A DNA stretch of 64,000 nucleotides from Candidatus Babelota bacterium (GCA_003511165.1 DOJW01000004.1:4015-68014); one strand, 5' to 3'; positions 1-8,627 are shown, counted from the first letter of the stretch. The notes: generated by a model not told the origin, from the letters alone. A program made the numbers and translations.

Positions 1-1
1 T

Positions 2-898
2 CCAGCTACAGGTTTAACTGCAAAACCTAGAACCTATCTTAAACCTACTAATGTCTCATCAAATCCACCAGCAACTATAAATACTCCTGCGATTACTTTT
101 GTACCGGTAATAAGTTCAAGTTCAATAACTGCGCCGGGAACAGGACTAAATCCTGGAGCAACGCCTGAAACAAAACCGGGTATATTACCCGGTAATGGAC
201 AGGGACTAGCTCTTTTACCAAAAAGCGCACATCAACAACCTGGAATTATCCATCGATATTTATTAAAAACACCACATCCAAAATTTGATCCAAGTTTACT
301 TGGATGGCTATTTGGAGATGATGTAAATTATGATCCATCTTTATTTGCAACACCTCAGAATGAGGATCTTGGTCTATCTTGGCTTTTTGGAGATGAAAAT
401 ATAAATGAAAAAAAATTATCGACATCAAAACCTAAACAAAAACCTAAAGTTGAAGAACCAAAACCTAATGATGAAAAACCTAAAGTTGAAGAACCTAAAA
501 AAGAAGAAGTTGCTAACAAAGAAAATTTAGATAAACAAGAAGCAAAAGGTTCATCTTTAAAGCCTGAAGCAACAGTAGAAAAACGCCCAAAAGAAGAATC
601 TATCGACGCAAAACCTCAAATAGCAACACAATACTCTAAACCAGATAAAGATGACAAAAAAAATGATAATAAAAATCTTGATACATCTTCGCCTACATCA
701 AATGGTTATATCCCTTCTTATGGAGATTTAGATAAAAAGTCTAAAGATAAATCTAGAAAAGAAGAACTGTTCAGACCTTATAGCCCTTTTGATTTTCAAG
801 ACAAAAAAACTGAAAAATTTAAACCTGTAAATCATCCTGATTATTTAGATCCAAAAAAATCGCACGAACAACCGCTAGGATTTTTACCCAAAGCTTAA
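2..898 (+). CDS. 5'-truncated ORF running in from upstream of the window; Pro/Lys/Glu-rich low-complexity protein C-terminus
   Basis: My own translation: frame 2 is open from base 2 to TAA at 896-898. It is absent from the ORF track because no start codon lies in the window. It has a duplicated DPSL..WLFGD(D/E) motif and KPKVEEP repeats. The antisense ORF 246..428 is a shadow. Confidence 0.6.
   Translation, partial: PATGLTAKPRTYLKPTNVSSNPPATINTPAITFVPVISSSSITAPGTGLNPGATPETKPGILPGNGQGLALLPKSAHQQPGIIHRYLLKTPHPKFDPSLLGWLFGDDVNYDPSLFATPQNEDLGLSWLFGDENINEKKLSTSKPKQKPKVEEPKPNDEKPKVEEPKKEEVANKENLDKQEAKGSSLKPEATVEKRPKEESIDAKPQIATQYSKPDKDDKKNDNKNLDTSSPTSNGYIPSYGDLDKKSKDKSRKEELFRPYSPFDFQDKKTEKFKPVNHPDYLDPKKSHEQPLGFLPKA
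439..495 (+). repeat. Direct repeat with 36-bp period; AAACCTAAAGTTGAAGAACC occurs at 440-459 and 476-495
   Basis: Seen directly in the sequence. It encodes KPKVEEP twice inside the partial ORF. Confidence 0.8.
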
Positions 899-2040
899 AA
901 ACCTAGACCTTTTTTCTTGATGCTTTTCTGCGAAGAGATTAAAGAAACATTTTTCTCAATACCAATCTTAGATATTTGGTGATAAAAAAATTCACGATCT
1001 GCAGATTTAACAACAGCTTGTTCATGTGCCTCTGCGATAGAGATCGGATATCCATTTCCTTTTGATACTTGATCCAAAATCATCTGACAAATCAAATCTA
1101 TTTTTTTTCCATCTTTTGCTATCCATGCTGGCACTTCGATGCGAACAACTTCTGCACCAACATCCAAATAAAAAAAGAAAATTTTAAGATGCTTTGGATA
1201 ATCTGACATTATATTCGACTGGCTTTCAAACAAAATAGTACGTTCATATTTGTTTACAAAAAATTTAGTTATTGAAGTATCGATTAATTTATCAACTTGC
1301 TTACACGGAAAAGACTGAAATGATTTATGACATTCTATGCAATTTGCAGCAATGAACTGACACAAACCAATCTTTAACAAATTAACAAGCTCCTTACTCT
1401 TTGGATAACTAATGTACCCAGCTATCAATGTTTGATTTTCATAAAATTTATCTAAATAAGAAATATACATATCCAAAAAAGTTTGTTTCAAATCTGGAGC
1501 GCTTCCCTCCAAATGCCAAAATATTAACGTTCCATCAAACAAAACAACTGCTGGTTTATAAACTACCGATTGTTCAAACGAAAATTTAAATTCACTCTCT
1601 TCACGCTTAAAATCTACAAAATCTTTTGTACCAACCACTCCATCGCTAAATGAAAAATCTTCAAAAAGACAAACCTCTGGTTCACAAAAAAATTTTGCTT
1701 CGCTACTATTTTTGCCATATTTTAAAAAAATTCCACCCACATTAATTAAAAAACAATTACTCCCTACAGAGTTGCGATCAGGATAAATTTGAGATCCATC
1801 GATTGCTAAAACAGAATAATCTTTTAAAGTAGATTCAATTTTGTATGTTTTATTTAATTTTTCACTCCAACGGGGCAAAAGAAAAGAGCTTTTGCTATTT
1901 TCAACCTTCAGAGCAAAAGTCGAATCCTGACTGATCTTATCCCAAATATTTTTAGCAATCTCAACCTGGTCTAAATTATTTGGAAACAATTTAGAATTAA
2001 TAGATGAAAATTTCGCAAGCAATTTTAAATGGTCAAGCAC
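895..2040 (-). CDS. NurA-like nuclease domain protein
   Basis: 381 aa. Motifs in NurA-like order: VLAIDGSQIYPDR, VVLFDGTLIFWHL, GYISYPKSKELV, FFFYLDVGAEVVRIEVP. Recognised from memory of the family; no HMM was run. Confidence 0.5.
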   Translation of the reverse strand: MLDHLKLLAKFSSINSKLFPNNLDQVEIAKNIWDKISQDSTFALKVENSKSSFLLPRWSEKLNKTYKIESTLKDYSVLAIDGSQIYPDRNSVGSNCFLINVGGIFLKYGKNSSEAKFFCEPEVCLFEDFSFSDGVVGTKDFVDFKREESEFKFSFEQSVVYKPAVVLFDGTLIFWHLEGSAPDLKQTFLDMYISYLDKFYENQTLIAGYISYPKSKELVNLLKIGLCQFIAANCIECHKSFQSFPCKQVDKLIDTSITKFFVNKYERTILFESQSNIMSDYPKHLKIFFFYLDVGAEVVRIEVPAWIAKDGKKIDLICQMILDQVSKGNGYPISIAEAHEQAVVKSADREFFYHQISKIGIEKNVSLISSQKSIKKKGLGF

Positions 2041-2054
2041 AAACTTCCTAAAAA

Positions 2055-2666
2055 TTATTTTTTGAAGTATCGAAAAGTTGTATAAAAAATAAGATAAACA
2101 ACCAAAACTCTAGCGCCATTAATCTTTAAAAATAAAGGCAGATCCAAAGCCATTGAAGTAATAAATTCTAAAACAGAAGCTACACCTAAAATATGCATAA
2201 AATGATTTGATAAACCATCTGAAGATTTATCTTTATAAATTTTTAAAATTTGTGGAATTTGTGCAAGCGCACCAAACAAAATCGTAAACCAACCAGTGAT
2301 TGTTCCAACAAGCCCGGGAAGATAAAAAACTAAAGGCAATAGTGCAAAATTAATCAAACCAACACTCAGGAAAAAGTTCATAAAAAACTTTTTCCGCGTT
2401 TGATCGAACATAAAAAATTGTATAAGCAAAATTAACATTTCCAGCAATAAAATTGGAATCAAAATTTTGTATGAAATTGGCAAGTTAAAAAGAAATGTTT
2501 GATAAGCAAAAGTTAAATAAGCCCCAAACAAAAATATGAACATTAAAGAACTTATGCCTTCAACTGACTTTTTCTTGAAAACATAAATAATTTGAAAGAA
2601 AAACAAGATAAGATAAGTAAAATTAAACAACCAAGAAAATATAAACGCTAATTTCTGAATATCCAC
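2055..2666 (-). CDS. Seven-TM membrane protein with two PQ-loop repeats
   Basis: 203 aa with about 7 hydrophobic helices. Clear PQ-loop AQIPQILKIYKDKSSDGLS before TM6, and a degenerate first copy FFQIIYVFKKKSVEGIS after TM1. Confidence 0.6.
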   Translation of the reverse strand: MDIQKLAFIFSWLFNFTYLILFFFQIIYVFKKKSVEGISSLMFIFLFGAYLTFAYQTFLFNLPISYKILIPILLLEMLILLIQFFMFDQTRKKFFMNFFLSVGLINFALLPLVFYLPGLVGTITGWFTILFGALAQIPQILKIYKDKSSDGLSNHFMHILGVASVLEFITSMALDLPLFLKINGARVLVVYLIFYTTFRYFKK

Positions 2667-2842
2667 AAATCCCCCACAAAAACTATAAATTTTGCGATTC
2701 CTATTATTTTATAATAAACAATTTCCATTTAAAAAGAAAAACATTAGAAAAAACGCTAAAATAAGCCTTTTTACCGTCAACCCATTTGATTTTTCCCATC
2801 GAAACTGGGAAACTAATAAATATCAAAATAAATAGCGAAAAT

Positions 2843-2875
2843 AAAGGATTTTTATGAATTTTAAGAAATTTTTCA
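2843..2875 (+). repeat. 33-bp segment (RBS, ATG and first codons) identical to 4023-4055
   Basis: AAAGGATTTTTATGAATTTTAAGAAATTTTTCA is present at both paralog starts. Confidence 0.9.
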
Positions 2876-4023
2876 GTTTTTTGGTTTTAATATTTGTTTC
2901 TACAAATTTTATTTTACAATCTACTCCACAAACAGGACCTAAAAATAAAAAAGGGGGAACAACTCATCAATCCAGATCATTACTTAACGACGACTCAAAT
3001 AACACACTTTTCGAATTAGATTTGGACAAACAACAGAAGAAACCACATTTAACACTAATCGAAAGACTTAAAGACGAATTATTCAAATTTAAAAAAACAA
3101 ATTCGCCAAGAAGTAGAAGTCAAAGCCCTAACTATTTTGGAAATTCAAATAATAACACTAATGCTCAACCAGCAAACACTCATCCTTTCCTTGCCGGACT
3201 AGATTCAACAAACTCTAAACAAATCATTTTTATTATAAATTCTGCAAAATACGAGAAAGAAATTGTTGAAATTTTAAATGAAATGGCAGCTCTTTTTAAC
3301 TCCATAAAACAAAATGATGAAGAACTATGGTTTGTGATTGTTCAAGCAAATAAATTTCTTAGAGATATAATTTCCGCTTGCGTTGAATTAAATGAAGCAT
3401 TACCAAACGATTTAAGAGTTAATTTTCATAATTTAACTATCAATTGTGATCATATTTTTAGATTCGATACTAGACATCAAGCAGGTTTTCACTTTTTAGC
3501 AGATAAACAAGATTTAGTAGTCATGCAAGATACAATAGAAGAAGATACACAATCACATGTATTTTGTGCTCATCACCATGCAAACAAAGCATGTCCTCAT
3601 GGTAAATTTTCTACATTTTTCCCACAGCATATGACACACGCTGATGTTATCGAATCTGTAAGACAAAGTTTCTACCAACTCAAAATAGCATTCGGTGAAA
3701 GCAAGTATATTGCATTCAACTTAAAATATCAGATTTATTTAGAAGTATTTTTGAAAAATGAAAATGGAATAATAACTATCACATCTGCATTTCCCATTCT
3801 TTATTTTATAGAAAATGGAAGTAATTCTCCTAACCATCCATTCTCTAAAGGACAAATTTCAACAGCTATACGAGAAGCAAAAAATAATATTGATTTCTTT
3901 ACAAGATATAAAACAGATAGAGAAACAACTATTTTAGATCTAGCATCTATTCTAAAAAATAAAAATTTAACCAAAGCAGAATCTGGAATTTACGTCGAAG
4001 TATCAAATAATCTTCTTCAATAA
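2854..4023 (+). CDS. Secreted (Sec-leader) protein with C-terminal EndoU-like ribonuclease module, paralog 1
   Basis: 389 aa. Leader MNFKKFFSFLVLIFVSTNFIL. C-terminal motifs DHIF-x7-AGFHFL, AHHH, GKFSTFFP, ITSAFPILYF resemble the EndoU/XendoU H-H-K signature. AAGGA RBS lies 6 nt upstream of the ATG. Confidence 0.55.
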   Translation: MNFKKFFSFLVLIFVSTNFILQSTPQTGPKNKKGGTTHQSRSLLNDDSNNTLFELDLDKQQKKPHLTLIERLKDELFKFKKTNSPRSRSQSPNYFGNSNNNTNAQPANTHPFLAGLDSTNSKQIIFIINSAKYEKEIVEILNEMAALFNSIKQNDEELWFVIVQANKFLRDIISACVELNEALPNDLRVNFHNLTINCDHIFRFDTRHQAGFHFLADKQDLVVMQDTIEEDTQSHVFCAHHHANKACPHGKFSTFFPQHMTHADVIESVRQSFYQLKIAFGESKYIAFNLKYQIYLEVFLKNENGIITITSAFPILYFIENGSNSPNHPFSKGQISTAIREAKNNIDFFTRYKTDRETTILDLASILKNKNLTKAESGIYVEVSNNLLQ

Positions 4024-4055
4024 AAGGATTTTTATGAATTTTAAGAAATTTTTCA
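4023..4055 (+). repeat. 33-bp segment identical to 2843-2875
   Basis: Same RBS and start sequence as paralog 1. Confidence 0.9.
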
Positions 4056-5776
4056 AATTTATTACATTTTCAGTTTTAATTTTTATTTCTACAGATTTTT
4101 TGCTAAAAGCTACTCCGCCAGACACTCCACCAGACACTCCTGAATCTAAAAAAGATGAAACTCCAAAAAGTAGAAAAACACCAAGAAAAGGTCATATCGC
4201 ATTACCTATGGATAGCGATGAAAGCTCTTCAGAAAAAGATGATTCTGAACAATTTAGCGAAGATGGTGATCCCGCGGTAAAACTCACTTTTGGGGCTCCT
4301 GGAAATATTCCAAAAGCATCCTTTTTATTCCCTCCTAAAACTACAACTCATCATAAGCTCAAAAAGAAAAAAGAAGCCGAAGACGGCGATCAACTTTCAG
4401 ATGAAGATACTCCTACAGCAGGACCTATTGGTTTCACTACTGCAAAAAAATCTGATGTTGCAAAATTTTCGAAAGGCACATTTGCTTATCTCTCAAAAGA
4501 CTCACTAGATGAAGATGACGCTAAAAGCAAAACCTTACATAAAAAAAGAATAAGCAATAGCGTCGCAAGCAGTTCATCATCATCATCATCATTAGCAGCA
4601 GCTCCACCGGAATCACATGCAAAACGTACACGCATTAAAAAAAGTCTTACTACCGCTTCCCATTCAAGACAAAAATTTTTAGATCAACAAGCAGATCCTT
4701 TTGCTGAATTGGAAGATGAAGATGATACCGCTCCCTCTGAAAAACTAAAACAAATATTAGATGCTCTAAAAGAATTACCCCTAACTCCGGGATCAGGCTC
4801 TAGCTCTGTAGGTTTCAGCTTCATGCCCTTGCCCCCAGAACAGCAAATGAGACCGCCTTTTTCGCCAATGGAATCACCGATACTAAATCATCCTATTATA
4901 AAAAAAATAGATCGTCGCAAATCCCAAGAAATAACTCTTTTAATAAGGTCTACACAAGAAGAAAATGAAAAAATTGCAATTTTAAATTTAATGGCAGAAT
5001 TTTTAAGATTCATAAAAAACAACGATGAAATAACTTGGTTTGATATTGTTCAAAAAAACAGATTTCTTCAAAATATAATTTCCGCCTGTGTTGAATTAAA
5101 TCAAAGACTCCCCATAAATTTAAGAAAGAATCTAAATAATTTAATCATCGATTACCGCCATATTTTTGAAATGCAACATCAATCAGGGTTTCACTTTCTA
5201 GGGGATAAAGAAACACTTATTCTGCCAGAAACTAAAGAAGAAAATCCTATAACACAGGTATTTTGCGCGTATCACCATGTTAGCGGAGAGTGCCCCAATG
5301 GTAAATTTTCTACATTTTTTCCTCAACGCATGTCTAAAAGAGATGTAATAGAATCTGTAAGAAATAGCTTCAATCTACATAAAATAGCATCTAGTGAAAG
5401 TAAATATATTTCGTTCGATGCACAATATAATATTTATTTAGAAGTATTTTTGAAAAATGAAAATGGGATAATAACTATCACATCAGCATTTCCTATTCTT
5501 TATTTTATTCAATTAGATCGTGAACATAATATTGCTTTAAATAATTCACCTTACTCTCCTGAAGTAATTTTAAAATCTATAAGAGAGGCAACAAAAAAAG
5601 AAGATCTCGATATTTTAATTAAATACAAAACGGAAAGAAGAACAACTATTTTAGATATAGCTCCTATTCTAAAATTAAAAAATGCAACTAAAGCAGAATC
5701 TGGAATTTACGTCGAAGTATCAAATGAATTTATTGAAGGGATAGAACAATCAGCCAGCGCGTCGTCTTCAAGCTAA
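4034..5776 (+). CDS. Secreted protein with long acidic/Ser/Pro-rich disordered region and C-terminal EndoU-like module, paralog 2
   Basis: 580 aa. Same leader and same C-terminal motifs as paralog 1 (RHIF-x6-SGFHFL, YHH, GKFSTFFP, ITSAFPILYF). About 280 aa of low-complexity sequence lie between the leader and the module. A 35-bp identical run links 5432-5466 and 3733-3767. Confidence 0.55.
   Translation: MNFKKFFKFITFSVLIFISTDFLLKATPPDTPPDTPESKKDETPKSRKTPRKGHIALPMDSDESSSEKDDSEQFSEDGDPAVKLTFGAPGNIPKASFLFPPKTTTHHKLKKKKEAEDGDQLSDEDTPTAGPIGFTTAKKSDVAKFSKGTFAYLSKDSLDEDDAKSKTLHKKRISNSVASSSSSSSSLAAAPPESHAKRTRIKKSLTTASHSRQKFLDQQADPFAELEDEDDTAPSEKLKQILDALKELPLTPGSGSSSVGFSFMPLPPEQQMRPPFSPMESPILNHPIIKKIDRRKSQEITLLIRSTQEENEKIAILNLMAEFLRFIKNNDEITWFDIVQKNRFLQNIISACVELNQRLPINLRKNLNNLIIDYRHIFEMQHQSGFHFLGDKETLILPETKEENPITQVFCAYHHVSGECPNGKFSTFFPQRMSKRDVIESVRNSFNLHKIASSESKYISFDAQYNIYLEVFLKNENGIITITSAFPILYFIQLDREHNIALNNSPYSPEVILKSIREATKKEDLDILIKYKTERRTTILDIAPILKLKNATKAESGIYVEVSNEFIEGIEQSASASSSS
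4574..4591 (+). repeat. (TCA)6 trinucleotide microsatellite inside a poly-Ser tract
   Basis: Read directly. Part of an SSSSSSSS run in the 580-aa protein. Confidence 0.9.
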
Positions 5777-5807
5777 ATAAATAATTTTATAAAAATATAA
5801 AATAAAA

Positions 5808-5836
5808 AGAGATCGAAAACATCGATCTCTTTTTTT
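5808..5836 (+). terminator. Rho-independent terminator after EndoU-like paralog 2
   Basis: 9-bp stem AGAGATCGA/TCGATCTCT, 5-nt loop, then TTTTTT. Confidence 0.8.
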
Positions 5837-5906
5837 GTGACTTAAACTTTCAAAAATGATAAATTTATACACATTAATGCAAAACAAATTTAAAAAGGAA
5901 AATAGT

Positions 5907-6587
5907 ATGATTTTAGTTTCTATTGAAGGTAATGCAGGAGCTGGAAAAACAACCTTTTTCAAGGTGCTAGAATCAAAACTTAAAGGCAAAAATATCAACG
6001 CCGCTTTTATTCCGGAACCTGTAAATAAATGGTTAAATATAAAAGATGAAAAAGGCGAAAATTTACTAGGCAATTTTTATAAAAACACCCCCAGATGGGC
6101 ATACACTATACAAACAGCAGCGTTTTTTACCAAACTAGACGCAATTATGCAAGCAGCGCAAACAAAAGTAGATTTCATCATCACAGAAAGATCGATTTAT
6201 TCCGATCAAAAAATATTTATCCCGGCAATAAAAATTGATAATAATATTTCAGATTTTGAAGAAGAAATTTACTCTCTATCAAAACCACTATTTCAAACTG
6301 TGACTCAAAATTTAAAAATTAAAAATGTAATTTATTTAAGATGCTCTCCTCAAACGGCTATGAAACGAATTGCATCAAGAGGAAGACCTGAAGAAACAGT
6401 AACACCTTTTGCATACATACAATCACTTCATGATAAACATGAACAGTGGTTAATGGATTCTAAAAACTCATTTAAAGTTCTAACAATTGATAATGAACTA
6501 GATTTTGATACAGAAAAACATGAAACACAATTTGATGAGATGATAGATCAAGTAATTAAATTTTTGAATAATCTAAAACAACAATAA
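5907..6587 (+). CDS. Deoxynucleoside kinase (dNK family)
   Basis: P-loop GNAGAGKTT, ERSIYSD and RGRPEE motifs typical of the dAK/dGK/dCK family. The start is moved to MILVSIEG, which has an AAGGA RBS 7 nt upstream. The track start at 5856 lies just after the terminator. Confidence 0.8.
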   Translation: MILVSIEGNAGAGKTTFFKVLESKLKGKNINAAFIPEPVNKWLNIKDEKGENLLGNFYKNTPRWAYTIQTAAFFTKLDAIMQAAQTKVDFIITERSIYSDQKIFIPAIKIDNNISDFEEEIYSLSKPLFQTVTQNLKIKNVIYLRCSPQTAMKRIASRGRPEETVTPFAYIQSLHDKHEQWLMDSKNSFKVLTIDNELDFDTEKHETQFDEMIDQVIKFLNNLKQQ

Positions 6588-6589
6588 TA

Positions 6590-6622
6590 AAAAAGGGCGG
6601 AAAATATTTTCCGCCCTTTTTT
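6590..6622. terminator. Bidirectional rho-independent terminator between convergent dNK and pepA
   Basis: GGGCGG(AAAA)..(TTTT)CCGCCC hairpin flanked by an A-run and a T-run. Confidence 0.8.
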
Positions 6623-6635
6623 ATTATTTTACTTT

Positions 6636-8153
6636 TTATTGATGTTTCAAAATATACTCTACAAGCAATCTAATACCAGCTCCGCTCGCACCTTTGATAC
6701 CTGGAACATCACTAGCGACTCCAGCAATATCCAAATGTGCCCACGGAATATTTTTATCTACAAAATTTTCTAAAAATAGTCCCGCTGTGATCGTTCCTGC
6801 TCCATAAGTTGATTTACCAGTATTTGAAAGATCTGCAAAATCAGATTCTATTGCAGGTTTATATTCATCATCGAGAGGAAGTTGCCATACCTTATCACCT
6901 GTTATTTGACCTGCAATTTCTAACTCTTTTACTAATTTTTCATCTCGACTCAATAAACCAGCATAAAAATGTCCCAACGCTATTTCAACAGCTTTTGTCA
7001 AAGTTGCAATATCAATAATAACAGTTGGTTTATAAAATTTTTGCAAATAACAAAGTGCATCTGCAAGTATTAATCTACCTTCTGCATCAGTACTTTTAAT
7101 CTCTGCAGTTTTACCATTCATAAATGTGACAATATCATCCTGTCGACTACTTTTACCACTTGGCATATTTTCTACAACAGGCGCAACCACAACAACATCA
7201 ACATCTGGTTTAATTTCAGAAATTGCTTTGATCGTTGCCATAACAGCTGCAGCACCACACATATCATATTTCATACCAGTCATACCAGCAGATGGTTTTA
7301 GACTAATTCCACCAGAATCGAATGTTACACCTTTTCCAACCAAACCAATAAGTGATGCATTTTTCACATCCGATTTGTACTCAACAATTATAAATTTTCC
7401 ATCTTGATCTGAACCAGCATCAACACAAGCAAATCCACCCATTCCAAGCTCGATCGCTTTATCTCGTCCGAAAACGCTATATTTCAAATTTGCAGATTTT
7501 GCTAATGCTTCGACCTCTTTTGCAAAAACAGTTGGGGTCAAAACATTGGGTGGAGTATCCGCCCAATGACGTGCCATATTCATAGCTTTGCCGATAGTCA
7601 TACCTTGAAACAAAAACTCTTCGATCAACGCTTTTTCTTCTGCCAAAACTTCTTTTTCGCCGTTGGTCAAAATAATTTCGCCACTAAACTCTTCTTTTTT
7701 ATCTGCTTTAAACGCTGTAAATTCATAATTTGCGATTTGAGCGGAAACTGCAATCTGCTTAACAATTTCAGAAATTTTTAGATCTTTTCGCTCATGCATG
7801 TAAGGAATGGATAAAACTCCAGATTTGATTTCTAAATTTTTCATTGTTTTAACAAGTTTATCAATTGCTTTGCGTAAATGATCAAGTTTTTTATCCCAAG
7901 AGATATCAATTTTTCCTATTCCTACAAAAACAAACTGAACAAGTTCTCCAGCTCTAAGACCACTCAAAACAAAACTTTGACCACATTTACCTTCAAATTT
8001 ATGTTTTTTCAAAATTTCACTTAAATGCGGATAACAATCTTTTTCGATAACTTTCAAATTTGGTGAGATAGAAAAATTTTCTTCAAGCAGGAAAAAATAT
8101 CCCTCTGCTCTGTTTTCCCAAAATGAATTTTCTGATAAACGAATTGAAATCAT
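6636..8153 (-). CDS. pepA: Leucyl aminopeptidase (M17)
   Basis: 505 aa. VGKGVTFDSGG, MKYDMCGAA and STDAEGRLILADAL motifs. Confidence 0.9.
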   Translation of the reverse strand: MISIRLSENSFWENRAEGYFFLLEENFSISPNLKVIEKDCYPHLSEILKKHKFEGKCGQSFVLSGLRAGELVQFVFVGIGKIDISWDKKLDHLRKAIDKLVKTMKNLEIKSGVLSIPYMHERKDLKISEIVKQIAVSAQIANYEFTAFKADKKEEFSGEIILTNGEKEVLAEEKALIEEFLFQGMTIGKAMNMARHWADTPPNVLTPTVFAKEVEALAKSANLKYSVFGRDKAIELGMGGFACVDAGSDQDGKFIIVEYKSDVKNASLIGLVGKGVTFDSGGISLKPSAGMTGMKYDMCGAAAVMATIKAISEIKPDVDVVVVAPVVENMPSGKSSRQDDIVTFMNGKTAEIKSTDAEGRLILADALCYLQKFYKPTVIIDIATLTKAVEIALGHFYAGLLSRDEKLVKELEIAGQITGDKVWQLPLDDEYKPAIESDFADLSNTGKSTYGAGTITAGLFLENFVDKNIPWAHLDIAGVASDVPGIKGASGAGIRLLVEYILKHQ

Positions 8154-8236
8154 TTTTTAAACCTTTCAAAAAAGTAATTAATTGCACAGCAATAATAGCT
8201 TAAGGTTTAAAAATTGAAAATGAAAATAACAAGTAT

Positions 8237-8623
8237 TTATCTACTATTTGAATTGTTAAAAGGCGCTAAACCTTTTTTTAAAACAACGAGAGGAAGAAGT
8301 GCACATTTGATACGATTGGGACCAAGAGTGATACCAACCTCTTTGATAAAGGTTTCAGGTGAAATATTTAAAACTTCAGATATTTTTTTATTTTTACACA
8401 TTTCAGTAAGAATTGATGCCGAAGCTTGGCTCAAGACGCAACCACTAGAAACAAATTTTAAATCGCAAATCAAATCATCTTGTATTTTACCTTCGATTGA
8501 GACTTTGTCTCCACAAGAAGGATTTTCATCCGCTACTTTAAAATCTGGATTTTCTAAATGACCACAATTTTTAGGATTTTTAAAATGATCCATTAATTCT
8601 TTTTGATAAATCTGCATGCTCAC
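8237..8623 (-). CDS. sufU: Fe-S cluster scaffold, SufU/IscU-like
   Basis: 128 aa. NPSCGD and SGCVLSQASAS motifs. Lies immediately downstream of sufS. Confidence 0.8.
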   Translation of the reverse strand: MSMQIYQKELMDHFKNPKNCGHLENPDFKVADENPSCGDKVSIEGKIQDDLICDLKFVSSGCVLSQASASILTEMCKNKKISEVLNISPETFIKEVGITLGPNRIKCALLPLVVLKKGLAPFNNSNSR

Positions 8624-8627
8624 AAGT

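Noticed and set aside
246-428. 60-aa minus-strand ORF.
   Set aside because: It is embedded antisense in the 2..898 plus-strand open frame, which has coherent repeat and motif structure.
4290-4508. 72-aa + strand ORF inside the 580-aa gene, in another frame.
   Set aside because: It is an out-of-frame overlap within a longer ORF whose paralog relationship supports the long frame.
5768-6073. 101-aa minus-strand ORF spanning the gap between EndoU-like paralog 2 and the dNK gene. I considered it as a possible immunity protein.
   Set aside because: It is antisense to the dNK P-loop region and runs through the 5808-5836 terminator hairpin. It has no RBS and an unconvincing sequence. It is also in the wrong orientation for a toxin-immunity pair.
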